DNA of 64,000 bases from a bacterium (lineage in GTDB: Bacteria; SAR324; NAC60-12). The notes beneath the pieces are model-generated. The model did not search any database. It worked only from the letters and a program-made list of their open reading frames with translations, and was not told the origin of the DNA. The stretch lies in the NCBI GenBank assembly GCA_965209155.1, contig OZ242383.1, positions 2,624,001 to 2,688,000 on the forward strand, given 5' to 3'. Position 1 is the first letter of the stretch. Every line of letters begins with the position of its first letter. Positions 50,464 to 59,751 of this stretch are shown one piece after another. The position numbers and the translations under genes are program-made.

Positions 50464-51357
50464 ATGCTGAAACATCCCATTTCACCCACAGTAGACTGTG
50501 TTTTTAAGGCCATTTTAGGGGCAGTGGAAAATTCAAATTTACTGATTGATTTTCTCAACAGTGTCCTGGCTCCACAGTCTCCTGTTTCGAATGTTGAAAT
50601 CCTGAATCCCTACAATGAACGCGAATTTTATACCGACAAACTGACCATTGTCGATGTCAAAGCTAAAGATGAAAATAAAACGACTTACCAGATAGAAATT
50701 CAATTATCTGTCTTTTCCTATTTGCCAGAGAGGATACTCTATACTTGGAGTGATCTCTATCAATCCCAACTACTAAGTGGGGAGCAATTCTCAGCATTGC
50801 GTCCGGTAATCTCCATTTGGATGTTGACTGAAAATTTGTTCCCCAAAAGTCCTGCCTTTCATCATCACTTTCAAATGTTTGATCAGAAAAACCAAAAACG
50901 GTTATCGGAGCATTGCTCAATCCATCTTTTAGAATTAGACAAATGGCACTATTCCGAGAGATTAAATCCTGAAGATGAATGGCTTTATTTTTTTAAAGAA
51001 GCCGAACACTGGCAGGAATTACCCGAAATCATCAATACCCCTAAAATGAGGCAAGCTATGGCAGTCCTGGAGCGATTTTCAGAAAAAGAAAGAGATTATC
51101 ACCTCTATCAAGCCCGTCAAAATGCCATCCGTGAGGAACAAACCCGGCAAAAGCTTTTAGAAGAGGCCGTGCGTGACAAGGAAGAGGCCGTGCGTGACAA
51201 GGAAGAAGCCGTGCGTGACAAGGAAGAAGCCGTGCGTGACAAGGAAGAAGCCCTTCGAAGAGAGGAAGAGGAACGAAAGCTCAGAGAAACTGCGCAAAAT
51301 GACCGGAATCGTTTACAAGAGTTACTCAAAAAAGCAGGAATTGATCCGGATGAATAA
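50464..51357 (+). CDS. Rpn-family PD-(D/E)XK nuclease / putative transposase
   Basis: DCVFK.I.G, LIDFLNSVL, VDVKA...YQIEIQ, IHLLEL.K, WLYFF; GAGGAG RBS. Confidence 0.9.
   Translation: MLKHPISPTVDCVFKAILGAVENSNLLIDFLNSVLAPQSPVSNVEILNPYNEREFYTDKLTIVDVKAKDENKTTYQIEIQLSVFSYLPERILYTWSDLYQSQLLSGEQFSALRPVISIWMLTENLFPKSPAFHHHFQMFDQKNQKRLSEHCSIHLLELDKWHYSERLNPEDEWLYFFKEAEHWQELPEIINTPKMRQAMAVLERFSEKERDYHLYQARQNAIREEQTRQKLLEEAVRDKEEAVRDKEEAVRDKEEAVRDKEEALRREEEERKLRETAQNDRNRLQELLKKAGIDPDE
51160..51252 (+). repeat. Intragenic 21-bp tandem repeat (EEAVRDK x4 plus a partial unit)
   Basis: GAAGARGCCGTGCGTGACAAG at 51160, 51181, 51202 and 51223. Confidence 0.95.
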
Positions 51358-51525
51358 ACTCTTTTTCCCAGGTCCCCATGACAGGCAGGCATGTAACAAT
51401 GCGAGAAGTTAATGAAGATTGCTTTAGCCTGGCGGCGATACTCTCCCTGTTTTCAATTTTCAAAAATCATTTGGTATCAATTTCTTATTGATTGAATGGG
51501 TTGATCAGCCGGGCTCGGATAAAAA

Positions 51526-51744
51526 TTATATTGTTGCTTCTTCTCCCAGATACCCTTCGCCCTCCGCGTGTTTCGCTTTTTCAGCCCAATAACTATCTTC
51601 AATTTCCAAAAATCTTTCATACATCGAATGTGAGATGAGTACCGATTTCGGTCTCCCTGATTTTTCAACGATTATAGGATCTGTCTCTGCCGTATCCATG
51701 AATTGTCCTAAGCGGTTTTTAAATTCAGTGGCAGTCACATTCAT
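51526..51744 (-). CDS. Phd/YefM-family antitoxin (no cognate toxin visible)
   Basis: MNVTATEFKNRLG..MD.A...PIIVEKSGRP.SVLIS. Confidence 0.8.
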   Translation of the reverse strand: MNVTATEFKNRLGQFMDTAETDPIIVEKSGRPKSVLISHSMYERFLEIEDSYWAEKAKHAEGEGYLGEEATI

Positions 51745-52837
51745 ATTTCTCTTATAAGAAAACTGTGATAAGAAAAGGCACTAAAATCCTGAACAAGTCA
51801 AATATAAAAAGTTAAAAAAGCAACATTCACCATGAATATTACACGATCAAAAAACCGATCCATTGGCTCCAGGATGGGGCCATGAACCTTGAGCTTTCAA
51901 TTTGCTCGAGGCATTTCCATTGGCTGAAATGAACTGAGGCGCAACTTCAAGGATCTCTCCCTGAGGTCGAGATGAGATAAGGGGGGACAACCCAATGAAT
52001 TGGGGACTTGAGGTGGATTCCCTACTCACCTTGTATGCGTTTTACACGTATTTCTCTTCCTGCAATCAAGTCCGAATATGGAGCCATTCTCACTGTGATG
52101 CCGGCATCAACCATCAGATTGTGTCCGGTTGTGTGGCGGCTTTCGTCACTTGCCAGGTACAATGCGGCGTATGCGATGTCCTCCGGCATTCCTGCCCGAT
52201 GAAGGGGGAGTGACGTTTCAAAATACTCTGTCAGTCGCTTCGTTCTCAATTCGTTTTCTTCAGCCGACTGGGTCTGGTGACCTCCCCAGAAAATTGGAGT
52301 GACGATTGCTCCAGGTGAAATACAGTTGACGCGGATACCGTGGCCGGCAAGCTCTGTTGCCCATACTTTCGTCAATTGAATCACTCCTGCTTTGGTCGCC
52401 GCGTAAACCGGACCGGAACCATCTGTGGTCACTCCTGCCGTACTGCCATTGTTGATGATACTGCCCCCACCTTGCCGCTTCATGAAAGGGGCCACAAATT
52501 TGATACCAAGGAAACAGGAACCCAGGTTTGCCATCATAACTCTATGGAATTCTTCAGTAGAAAATTCCTCCACTTCAACGTAGGCTTGTCCAATTCCAGC
52601 ATTGTTGAAAAGCACGTCCACACGACCCCACTTCTCCACAGTGGTTTCGATCAAATCTTTTAAATGGGAATTATATACAAAGTTAACCATGGATTTGCAG
52701 GCCGGGCGCTACGCCTCGCCTAATCCCAGTCCAAAAATAATAAACAAAAATGAATAAAAACGCATTTTTTTGTTGACAGACTGTGATTTATTGGTTAATA
52801 TACTTCTAAAATTATTAACTTTTCATGGAGTTGAAAA

Positions 52838-53770
52838 ATGGCAGAAGCACCCGGAAAAAATCACAGAAAAGGCATCACGGTTTTGGAACTGATGGACATG
52901 TTCCCAGATGACAAGACGGCTGAAAAAATGTTCATTGATAAGCGATGGCCTGATGGGATACGATGTGCACATTGTGAAAGCGAGCGAATTATAAAGTATG
53001 AAAATTCTAAAAATCCGATGCCGTTTCGTTGTAAAGATTGTAGGAAGTTTTTTTCAGTGAAGACCGGAACGGCTATGGAAGCTTCTAAAATTGGTTACCG
53101 GAAGTGGGCTTTCGCTTTCTATCTGATGGCCACGAATATCAAAGGGGTTGCCAGTATGAAGCTATACCGGGAATTGGGATTTACTCAAAAAACGGCATGG
53201 TTTGTCAATCATAGAATCCGGGAATGCTGGAATAATAACAAACCTCTTTTTAATGGTCCGGTTGAAATGGACGAGACTTATGTAGGGGGTAAGGAATCTC
53301 TGAAACATGAGTCTAAAAAGAAGAAAGAGGGACGGGGTACGGTTGGCAAATCCCTAGTTGTAGGTATTAAGGATCGAGAGACCGGACAAGTGGTAGCCAC
53401 CGCAACGGAAGATACAAAGAAGCCGGTTATTGAGAAGATGATCCAGGAATATGTAAAACAAAATTCCATGATTTATACAGACGAAGCTACCGTTTATAAG
53501 GGGCTTCCTAATCATGAATCTGTCCGGCATAGCCACGATGAATACGTGAGAGGAGATGTCCATACTGCTGGTATTGATTCCTTCTGGAGTATGCTCAAAA
53601 GGGGACACAAAGGGACATATCACAAAATGAGTGCCAAGCATTTGGATCGCTATGTTAAGGAATTTGCTGGTAGGCAAAATCAGCGAGAGCTTGATACCCT
53701 GGCACAAATCGAATCAATGGCCAAAGGCATGGAAGGAAAACGGCTTAAGTATAAAAATCTGATAGCTTGA
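52838..53770 (+). CDS. IS1595-family transposase
   Basis: Zn ribbon CAHC/CKDC, FSVKTGT, VEMDETYVGG, IYTDE, S.KHL.RY..EF. Confidence 0.95.
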   Translation: MAEAPGKNHRKGITVLELMDMFPDDKTAEKMFIDKRWPDGIRCAHCESERIIKYENSKNPMPFRCKDCRKFFSVKTGTAMEASKIGYRKWAFAFYLMATNIKGVASMKLYRELGFTQKTAWFVNHRIRECWNNNKPLFNGPVEMDETYVGGKESLKHESKKKKEGRGTVGKSLVVGIKDRETGQVVATATEDTKKPVIEKMIQEYVKQNSMIYTDEATVYKGLPNHESVRHSHDEYVRGDVHTAGIDSFWSMLKRGHKGTYHKMSAKHLDRYVKEFAGRQNQRELDTLAQIESMAKGMEGKRLKYKNLIA

Positions 53771-53845
53771 ATATTTGCATTCCTGCATGATCAGATTAGC
53801 TACTTGATTGTGAAGGAATGTCAACAATATATCAGGAGATTTAAA

Positions 53846-54004
53846 ATGAAAACAAAAGAGAAGAAAAAAGTAGGAAGACCCGCCAAGCCGATGCCGGAAA
53901 AGATTAACGCAACGGCAGACGAGATCATAACTGTGTTTTTAAAATCCCCGCCCCGGCGTTCTGATCAATGGAAATTTATGCAGAAGGAAGAAAGTAAAGA
54001 GTAG
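53846..54004 (+). CDS. Small basic passenger ORF within the IS
   Basis: AGGAG RBS then MKTKEKKKVGRPAKPMPEKINAT... Confidence 0.55.
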   Translation: MKTKEKKKVGRPAKPMPEKINATADEIITVFLKSPPRRSDQWKFMQKEESKE

Positions 54005-54344
54005 GCCGTGATTACTCTTTACGTTGGGATGTCAAGTGTGTGAATCCGTGGTTAACTTTGTATATAATTCCCTTTTAAATCTGCTTCTACAGAGACATCC
54101 GTGCGTTTAAAAATAGCATTTTCGCCAAGGCGAGCGGCCAGGGCCTGTCCCAATTCTTCACCTCGAGCGGCGATCACCACGCGAGCCCCCTCTGCCACGA
54201 ACAATTCTACCGTACTGGCGCCCATCCCGCTGTTGCCTCCGGTGACGATGGCCACTTTTCCCTCGAGTCTGCCGTTTTTTACTGCCATTGTTTTTCCTAT
54301 TTATTGAATAACCCAAAGTTACAAATTTTTTGGAAACCCGTCTT

Positions 54345-55196
54345 TCACTCTCCCTTGATTTTTTTAACCCGTCTTTCACTGCGTTCGATCATGGCCTGAC
54401 GGGGGCGATTTGCCAGGGTCAGACCCGCATCGACCTTCAGGTTCAGTCCGGTTGTGTGTAGACTCTCATCACTGGCCAGGTATAATGCCGCATAGGCGAT
54501 ATCTTCTGCAGTTCCCGCACGTTTGAGAGGCAATTCCTCGTCAAAAAACTCGGTGAGCCGTTGAATGCGGAGCTCATTCTCGTCAAGGGTTTGAGTCTGG
54601 TGTCCACCCCAAAAAATAGGAGTGACAATCGCTCCGGGAGAAATGCAATTGACACGTATGCCATGCTCGGCCAGTTCGAATGCCCAGACTCTCGTCATAT
54701 GGATCACCGCCGCTTTAGTTGCAGAATAAATCGGACCGGAGCCATCCGTGGTCACACCCGCAGTGCTGCCATTGTTGATGATACTTCCCTTTCCCTGCTG
54801 CTTCATGATCGGCGCAGCATGTTTGATACCCAGGAAACAAGAGGCGAGGTTTGCCTTGAAAACTTCATCGAATTCGACCACGGAAAATTCCTCAACGTTG
54901 ACGTATGCTTGTCCGATACCCGCATTATTGAATAGTACGTCCACGCGTCCCCACATTTCCACTGTGGATTCAATCAAGGCTTTCACATCCGCTTCGAGAG
55001 AAACGTCAGTGCGTTTGAAAATGACATTTTCGCCAAGTCGCTCCGCCAATGCCTGTCCCAATTCTTCACCCCGGGCTGCAATCACCACGCGGGCTCCTTG
55101 TGCCGCAAACAATTCAACAGTACCGGCCCCCATCCCACTGTTACCTCCGGTGACGATTGCCACTTTTCCTTCCAGTCTGCCTTTTAACTCATTCAT
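54345..55196 (-). CDS. SDR oxidoreductase (intact paralogue)
   Basis: TGGNSGMG, NNAG, YSATK, VNCISPG. Confidence 0.94.
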   Translation of the reverse strand: MNELKGRLEGKVAIVTGGNSGMGAGTVELFAAQGARVVIAARGEELGQALAERLGENVIFKRTDVSLEADVKALIESTVEMWGRVDVLFNNAGIGQAYVNVEEFSVVEFDEVFKANLASCFLGIKHAAPIMKQQGKGSIINNGSTAGVTTDGSGPIYSATKAAVIHMTRVWAFELAEHGIRVNCISPGAIVTPIFWGGHQTQTLDENELRIQRLTEFFDEELPLKRAGTAEDIAYAALYLASDESLHTTGLNLKVDAGLTLANRPRQAMIERSERRVKKIKGE

Positions 55197-55213
55197 CGCG
55201 CTCCTGTTCCTTT

Positions 55214-55774
55214 CTATTCTTCTTCTTGGTACTCTTCTTCATTTTCCTCTTCCGTTTGGACATGATCATCCAGAGGAATTTTGCAGAATTCCGACAAAGC
55301 CACTGCCGTTTTTCGCAATTCTTTAATCCCGGAACCCTTCGCCATATCCAACTTATGGATGGCATTGTCCTCGCCTTCGATGACAAGGGAGGCTGCTTTA
55401 CGACCCAGGAGGAATCCACTTCTTTTACCCCTTGCCTGGTCGATACCTCGAGGGAATTCATCAATGGAAATGCGCGTGAGACTGTCCAGCGGTTTCTGTT
55501 TCCTGGAGTAAAGAAAAATCAGCCCTACATGTCGCTCAAAAAGATTGTTTCCTTTATCAAAGACCCAGCGTTCCAGGTACGTGGAGGACACCAGACAAAT
55601 CGCGCAAAGAGCGAGCGCCAGAAAGTTGTCACTGATAAATATGGGCCCGTCGATTTCCCCCACGAGAATGGCAAAGAGGAGGACTGCAGAGCCAAAAAAA
55701 ACGATACGGAAAGCATTGGAAGTCGCGTATACCATTCTGTCTTCTCCTTCCGCATTCAAGACTGGACCGAACAT
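55214..55774 (-). CDS. Hypothetical membrane protein with acidic tail
   Basis: Two TM segments; AGGAAGGA upstream; lies between co-oriented genes. Confidence 0.7.
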   Translation of the reverse strand: MFGPVLNAEGEDRMVYATSNAFRIVFFGSAVLLFAILVGEIDGPIFISDNFLALALCAICLVSSTYLERWVFDKGNNLFERHVGLIFLYSRKQKPLDSLTRISIDEFPRGIDQARGKRSGFLLGRKAASLVIEGEDNAIHKLDMAKGSGIKELRKTAVALSEFCKIPLDDHVQTEEENEEEYQEEE

Positions 55775-55790
55775 GAGTTCCTTCCTGCTT

Positions 55791-56783
55791 TTAATAGAAT
55801 TCTAACAGTTCGATTTCAAAAATCAGCGTTTCGTTGGGACCAATATTGCCTCCCGACCCCCCTCTTCCATAAGCAAGTTCAGGAGGAATGACCACTTCCC
55901 AATGGGAACCTGCTGGCATCAATTGCAAGACTTCTTGCCATCCGCGAATGATACTATTCAGATTGAAGGTAATAGGTTTGTCATCCCTTGTACTATCGAA
56001 AACAGTACCATCTATCAAACGCCCCGTGTAGTGTACTTGCACATTGTCACTTGGACCAGGAGTGGGACCACTGCCTTCTTCCATAATGCGATACTGAAGC
56101 CCGCTTTCCAGTTCAACCACCCCATGCTTCTGGCGATTTTCTTCACGATAGGCATCTCCCCGAGCCCGGTTCGCTCGGGCCAGGTCGGCCGCCTTTTTCA
56201 GTCTTTCCTGTTCCTCGGGATCAAGGGGCTTTTCTTCTTCATCCGGATCCGGATAAGGGGGATCCAGCACCAGGCGTTCCAGGACATGATACCAGGTTTC
56301 GTGGACGGTATAAATGTCTCGAGACGCCCGCAGTCGGACATAGTAACCCTGGCGGTCGGGAGTGGGATCACCGACATCGATTTCAATCGTTTTCCGGTTT
56401 TCCAGAGTGAGATCGATTTGCATCTGAGGCGCATTCATGCCAAAAATCTCGAGTTGTTCATCACTGGCATCAGCAGCAATCCGCCGTTCTGCGCCCGGAC
56501 CACTCAATAGCAGGGGGATACCGCCGCCCCAACGCTTCATATTCACTTTCGGTCCATCCGGCTCATCGAAATACCAATAACGGTCATCGTGTTTGACCCA
56601 GGATTCGCTTTTCTCTTCAGGGGGGAGACTGATGGACATATTGGCTAATTCTTCCATTTCCACGTCCCAGACAAAAGGACGGGGTTCCACCGGGGGCGGG
56701 GGTTCGGTTTGACTACTGTAGTGATAGACTACTCCCAGCACGACCAGAAAAACCGCCAAAGCAAGAAGACTACGCAGACCCAT
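55791..56783 (-). CDS. DUF4340-like domain fused to FKBP-type peptidyl-prolyl isomerase
   Basis: N-terminal TM, FGM..P, VGDPTP...YYVR; C-terminal SGLQY, VHYTGRLIDGTVFDS, IPPELAYG, LIFEIEL. Confidence 0.8.
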   Translation of the reverse strand: MGLRSLLALAVFLVVLGVVYHYSSQTEPPPPVEPRPFVWDVEMEELANMSISLPPEEKSESWVKHDDRYWYFDEPDGPKVNMKRWGGGIPLLLSGPGAERRIAADASDEQLEIFGMNAPQMQIDLTLENRKTIEIDVGDPTPDRQGYYVRLRASRDIYTVHETWYHVLERLVLDPPYPDPDEEEKPLDPEEQERLKKAADLARANRARGDAYREENRQKHGVVELESGLQYRIMEEGSGPTPGPSDNVQVHYTGRLIDGTVFDSTRDDKPITFNLNSIIRGWQEVLQLMPAGSHWEVVIPPELAYGRGGSGGNIGPNETLIFEIELLEFY

Positions 56784-56800
56784 AATGATTCTCTCCTGAT

Positions 56801-58300
56801 CTATCTTCGACGCCATTGGACGAAACCGCCCAAGGCCAAGAGGAGGAATGGAAGCAGACCGATACTGGAAACATGAACGAATCTCACTTGTTCGGGACTG
56901 AGAATCAACCGTCGTAAAGGCAGTACTTTGCGATCCACTGAAATGATTTCCGCATCGGCGGTCAGCATGTTGACGGTGTTGAGAAAAAGGTCGCTGTTAT
57001 TCCCATTGTAAAAATGTTGATTCGTGGCAAAGTCGGAATCTCCAATAACCACCAGTCGAGTGCCTTTTCGCGAAACGAGGACACCTACGGCGAAAGGGCC
57101 TTTCTTATCTTCCGGATCATTAAGCTCCGGCGTTTCATCGGCAACGAAGTTCGTTTCTAACCAACTCTCTCTGCTGGTCCAGGCCAGAGGCTGGATTTGC
57201 ACGCTTTCCGGGATCTCTTTTTGTGGTATGAACCCGGTAGCTCCTGGAAAATAAATTTCTGTAAAACCGAAACTGTTTTGAGTGCGTGGAATGAGGGGAT
57301 GGTCTAAATTGGGCGCAACGTGAGATGCGGTGTCGACCAGGGTGCCCTCCCCCAGGTCGATCCACCAATCCGCAAGCAACTGTTTCCAGGTTTCGGGTGG
57401 GTTGGGATTGAGGAAGAGCAAGACCCTTCCGTTGTTCTCCAGGTAGTTCTCGAGGATTTCAATTTCGCGACCTCCCAGTTCTTTTTGTGGTCCTGCGATA
57501 ACAAGAGCAGCGGCGTTTTCCGGAATGCCAAAGGGAGAGAGCAGGTCGATTTCACCCACTTGGAATAAATTGTCCCTCAAGCCTGACCGGGCAGTAGAAT
57601 AGTCGGACTGGATACTGCTTTCCCCATGACCCTTGATGAAATAGACTCGTTTTTGCTTGATTCCCGTAACCTGCAAGATGGCGCTGGTGAATGCGTGTTC
57701 CGCTTCTGCCGAGATTTGTGGTCCATAGACTTGAGTCTTCCCTTCTTCGCTGGAAAAGACTATGGAACCGTACATGGCTCCCAATTGATTCAATCCATAT
57801 TGCCTCGCCTGGTCCGGGTTGAGATCGGGGTCCACAGTACGGATGGTGAGTTGATCGCTGTGCAGTTTGTATTCATCCAACAAAAATCGGGCATACAGAC
57901 TCACTTGTGCTGGTACGGTGGGAGTGAAAAAACTGACAATTTCCACCGGTTTGTCCAATTCCTCCAACACGTCCTTGGTCTGTGAAGTCAATGTAAACTG
58001 AGCCAGACCGGTAAAATCAAATCGGTGAAACGCCGTCACGCTGATGGCATTTACCAAGACGATGATGGCTACGAAAAGAGAGACCCCCACGGTGGTGGTG
58101 GTTCCAAATTTTCCGTGGTGGCTGATGAGCGCATTTTGCACACGACGGAAATCAAAAACAAATGCCAAGGCGACAAGCGCCGCCCCCAAGGCCAGGATGA
58201 TCCAGGCATAGAAGCGAATGCCCGGCATAACGAAGTTGAGTACGAGCCCCACGAATAGTGTGGCAATTCCAAGTAAGGCAATGACAGTAGTTTGTTGCAT
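56801..58300 (-). CDS. GldG-like ABC-type uncharacterised transport auxiliary protein
   Basis: FD.T....FTLTSQT, VYF..GHGE, VIGDSDF, GN..LFLN; start overlaps the permease stop (TGATG). Confidence 0.85.
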   Translation of the reverse strand: MQQTTVIALLGIATLFVGLVLNFVMPGIRFYAWIILALGAALVALAFVFDFRRVQNALISHHGKFGTTTTVGVSLFVAIIVLVNAISVTAFHRFDFTGLAQFTLTSQTKDVLEELDKPVEIVSFFTPTVPAQVSLYARFLLDEYKLHSDQLTIRTVDPDLNPDQARQYGLNQLGAMYGSIVFSSEEGKTQVYGPQISAEAEHAFTSAILQVTGIKQKRVYFIKGHGESSIQSDYSTARSGLRDNLFQVGEIDLLSPFGIPENAAALVIAGPQKELGGREIEILENYLENNGRVLLFLNPNPPETWKQLLADWWIDLGEGTLVDTASHVAPNLDHPLIPRTQNSFGFTEIYFPGATGFIPQKEIPESVQIQPLAWTSRESWLETNFVADETPELNDPEDKKGPFAVGVLVSRKGTRLVVIGDSDFATNQHFYNGNNSDLFLNTVNMLTADAEIISVDRKVLPLRRLILSPEQVRFVHVSSIGLLPFLLLALGGFVQWRRR

Positions 58301-59016
58301 CAGCGCCACCTTTCCGTTTGAATTGACCTGACCGATAAGAAGAGAAACGCCGCCGTAACACTCAGGTAATATACGATATCGCGTGTGTCCACTACGCCCC
58401 TCACAAATCCCGGGAAATGTTGTGAGAGTGAGAAATATGAAAGGACTTCTGATACCGGCTGCGGAAGTAAGTTCGCAGCAGCCCCCAGAAACCACATACC
58501 AAAGAGAATCCCTCCTGCCACCACGGCGGCGACAATCTGGTTGGTAGTGAGAGACGATGCGAAAATCCCGATGGAAAGGGATGCGCTTCCCAACAATATC
58601 AATCCCAAATAGCTGGTCGCGACAGGTCCCAGGTCCGGATCTCCAAGGATCAAAAGTAGCAAAGGATAATATAAGGTGAGGAATAACATCCCCACCATGA
58701 CGATCAGGCAACTGCAGAATTTACCCAATACGATTTCAATTTCTCGTACAGGGGCGGTGAGTAGCAATTCCCATGTCCCCAGCTTGCGCTCTTCAGAAAT
58801 CAAACGCATTGTGAGCAATGCGGCAAAAAGGAGAATCAGCAATTGACCGGCATCGAGGAATCCCCGGACTGTGGTATCGGTATAGCTGGTGTTGGCGAGA
58901 TACAAAGTGAATGAGGCGCCGGATAACGCCAAAAAAATGGCCGTCACTATATAAGCCATGGGAGAAGTCAGGTAAGTCCCGAGCTCTTTCCAGCAAATGA
59001 GGTATATGTGCTTCAA
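58300..59016 (-). CDS. GldF-like ABC-2 permease
   Basis: KEL..Y..SPMAY, TMRLISEERKLGTWELLLT.P, IVLGKF. Confidence 0.88.
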   Translation of the reverse strand: MKHIYLICWKELGTYLTSPMAYIVTAIFLALSGASFTLYLANTSYTDTTVRGFLDAGQLLILLFAALLTMRLISEERKLGTWELLLTAPVREIEIVLGKFCSCLIVMVGMLFLTLYYPLLLLILGDPDLGPVATSYLGLILLGSASLSIGIFASSLTTNQIVAAVVAGGILFGMWFLGAAANLLPQPVSEVLSYFSLSQHFPGFVRGVVDTRDIVYYLSVTAAFLFLSVRSIQTERWR

Positions 59017-59533
59017 AAGTTTTCCTCCTTTTTGGATTGCACTTATAGCAGTACGTGAATTTCTCTTGCAAGTATCGATAATAGCAACGAAATGTCACGC
59101 TGAAATTAATCAGCGGTCCAGAACCACTCAGCGTGGTTAAACCTTCGATTCTTCTTCAATCGTAGAATGACAAAGTGACATAATTACAGATTTAGAAATA
59201 TGTTTCAATGGTATTTTCAAAATGTTATGCAATCTATTCCGCAGACAACTGTATCTTTAAAATAATCTTTAAAATATGAAACTGGTGCGCATGTGAGAGT
59301 AGAGATTTAAAATTTTGATGATTTCAATTTCTTAATTTTTAAAAAATCACCCATGTTATCAATGCATTATAACCACTAGTGGAGATGGTACTTCAATTTT
59401 CCTACAATGTCAAAGAGGATTTTTCAATTCCATCATTTTTCTCAATTCATGAAAAACTGCACAGCTATCATATAAAACAAGAAAGAAGCTGAAAGCAAAA
59501 AATGTGAATTCCGCATTTTTTTTTATTTAGGGG

Positions 59534-59562
59534 TTGACATTTTTCAAAAAAATATATATTGC
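59534..59562 (+). promoter_or_regulatory. Putative sigma70 promoter for the SBP gene
   Basis: TTGACA at 59534 with an AT-rich -10 region at ~59555-59562. Confidence 0.45.
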
Positions 59563-59751
59563 TTAAATCATACCTTCACTAAGTTGTTTTAGTGAAAAAG
59601 AAAGAGGGGTTCCCATTCGATCGATTGAACCATAACGTGGGAGGACGTAAAAACGATCGATCTTCCCCGGGAATCTTTCTCAAAAGATATGTAACTGAAC
59701 GGGTTTTTCTGAGACCCGAATGGTTACTTCAAATCAAGTATAGGAGGAAAC

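Larger units (their letters stand above)
52666..54072 (+). mobile_element. IS1595-family insertion sequence (1407 bp)
   Basis: 24-bp perfect TIR GGGAATTATATACAAAGTTAACCA; 8-bp TSD TTTTAAAT at 52658-52665 and 54073-54080. Confidence 0.95.
52022..54288 (-). pseudogene. SDR oxidoreductase interrupted by IS1595-family element
   Basis: Removing the IS and one TSD restores SVEADLKDLIET in frame; TGGNSGMG, NNAG and YAATK motifs. Confidence 0.92.

Noticed and set aside
51860..52015. Functional element among short palindromic fragments
   Set aside because: Looks like mixed repeat debris; single degenerate copies with nothing to anchor a call
58301..58711. 137-aa N-terminal extension of the GldG-like ORF
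   Set aside because: Overlaps the permease in another frame; ATG 58300 coupled to the permease stop is the better start
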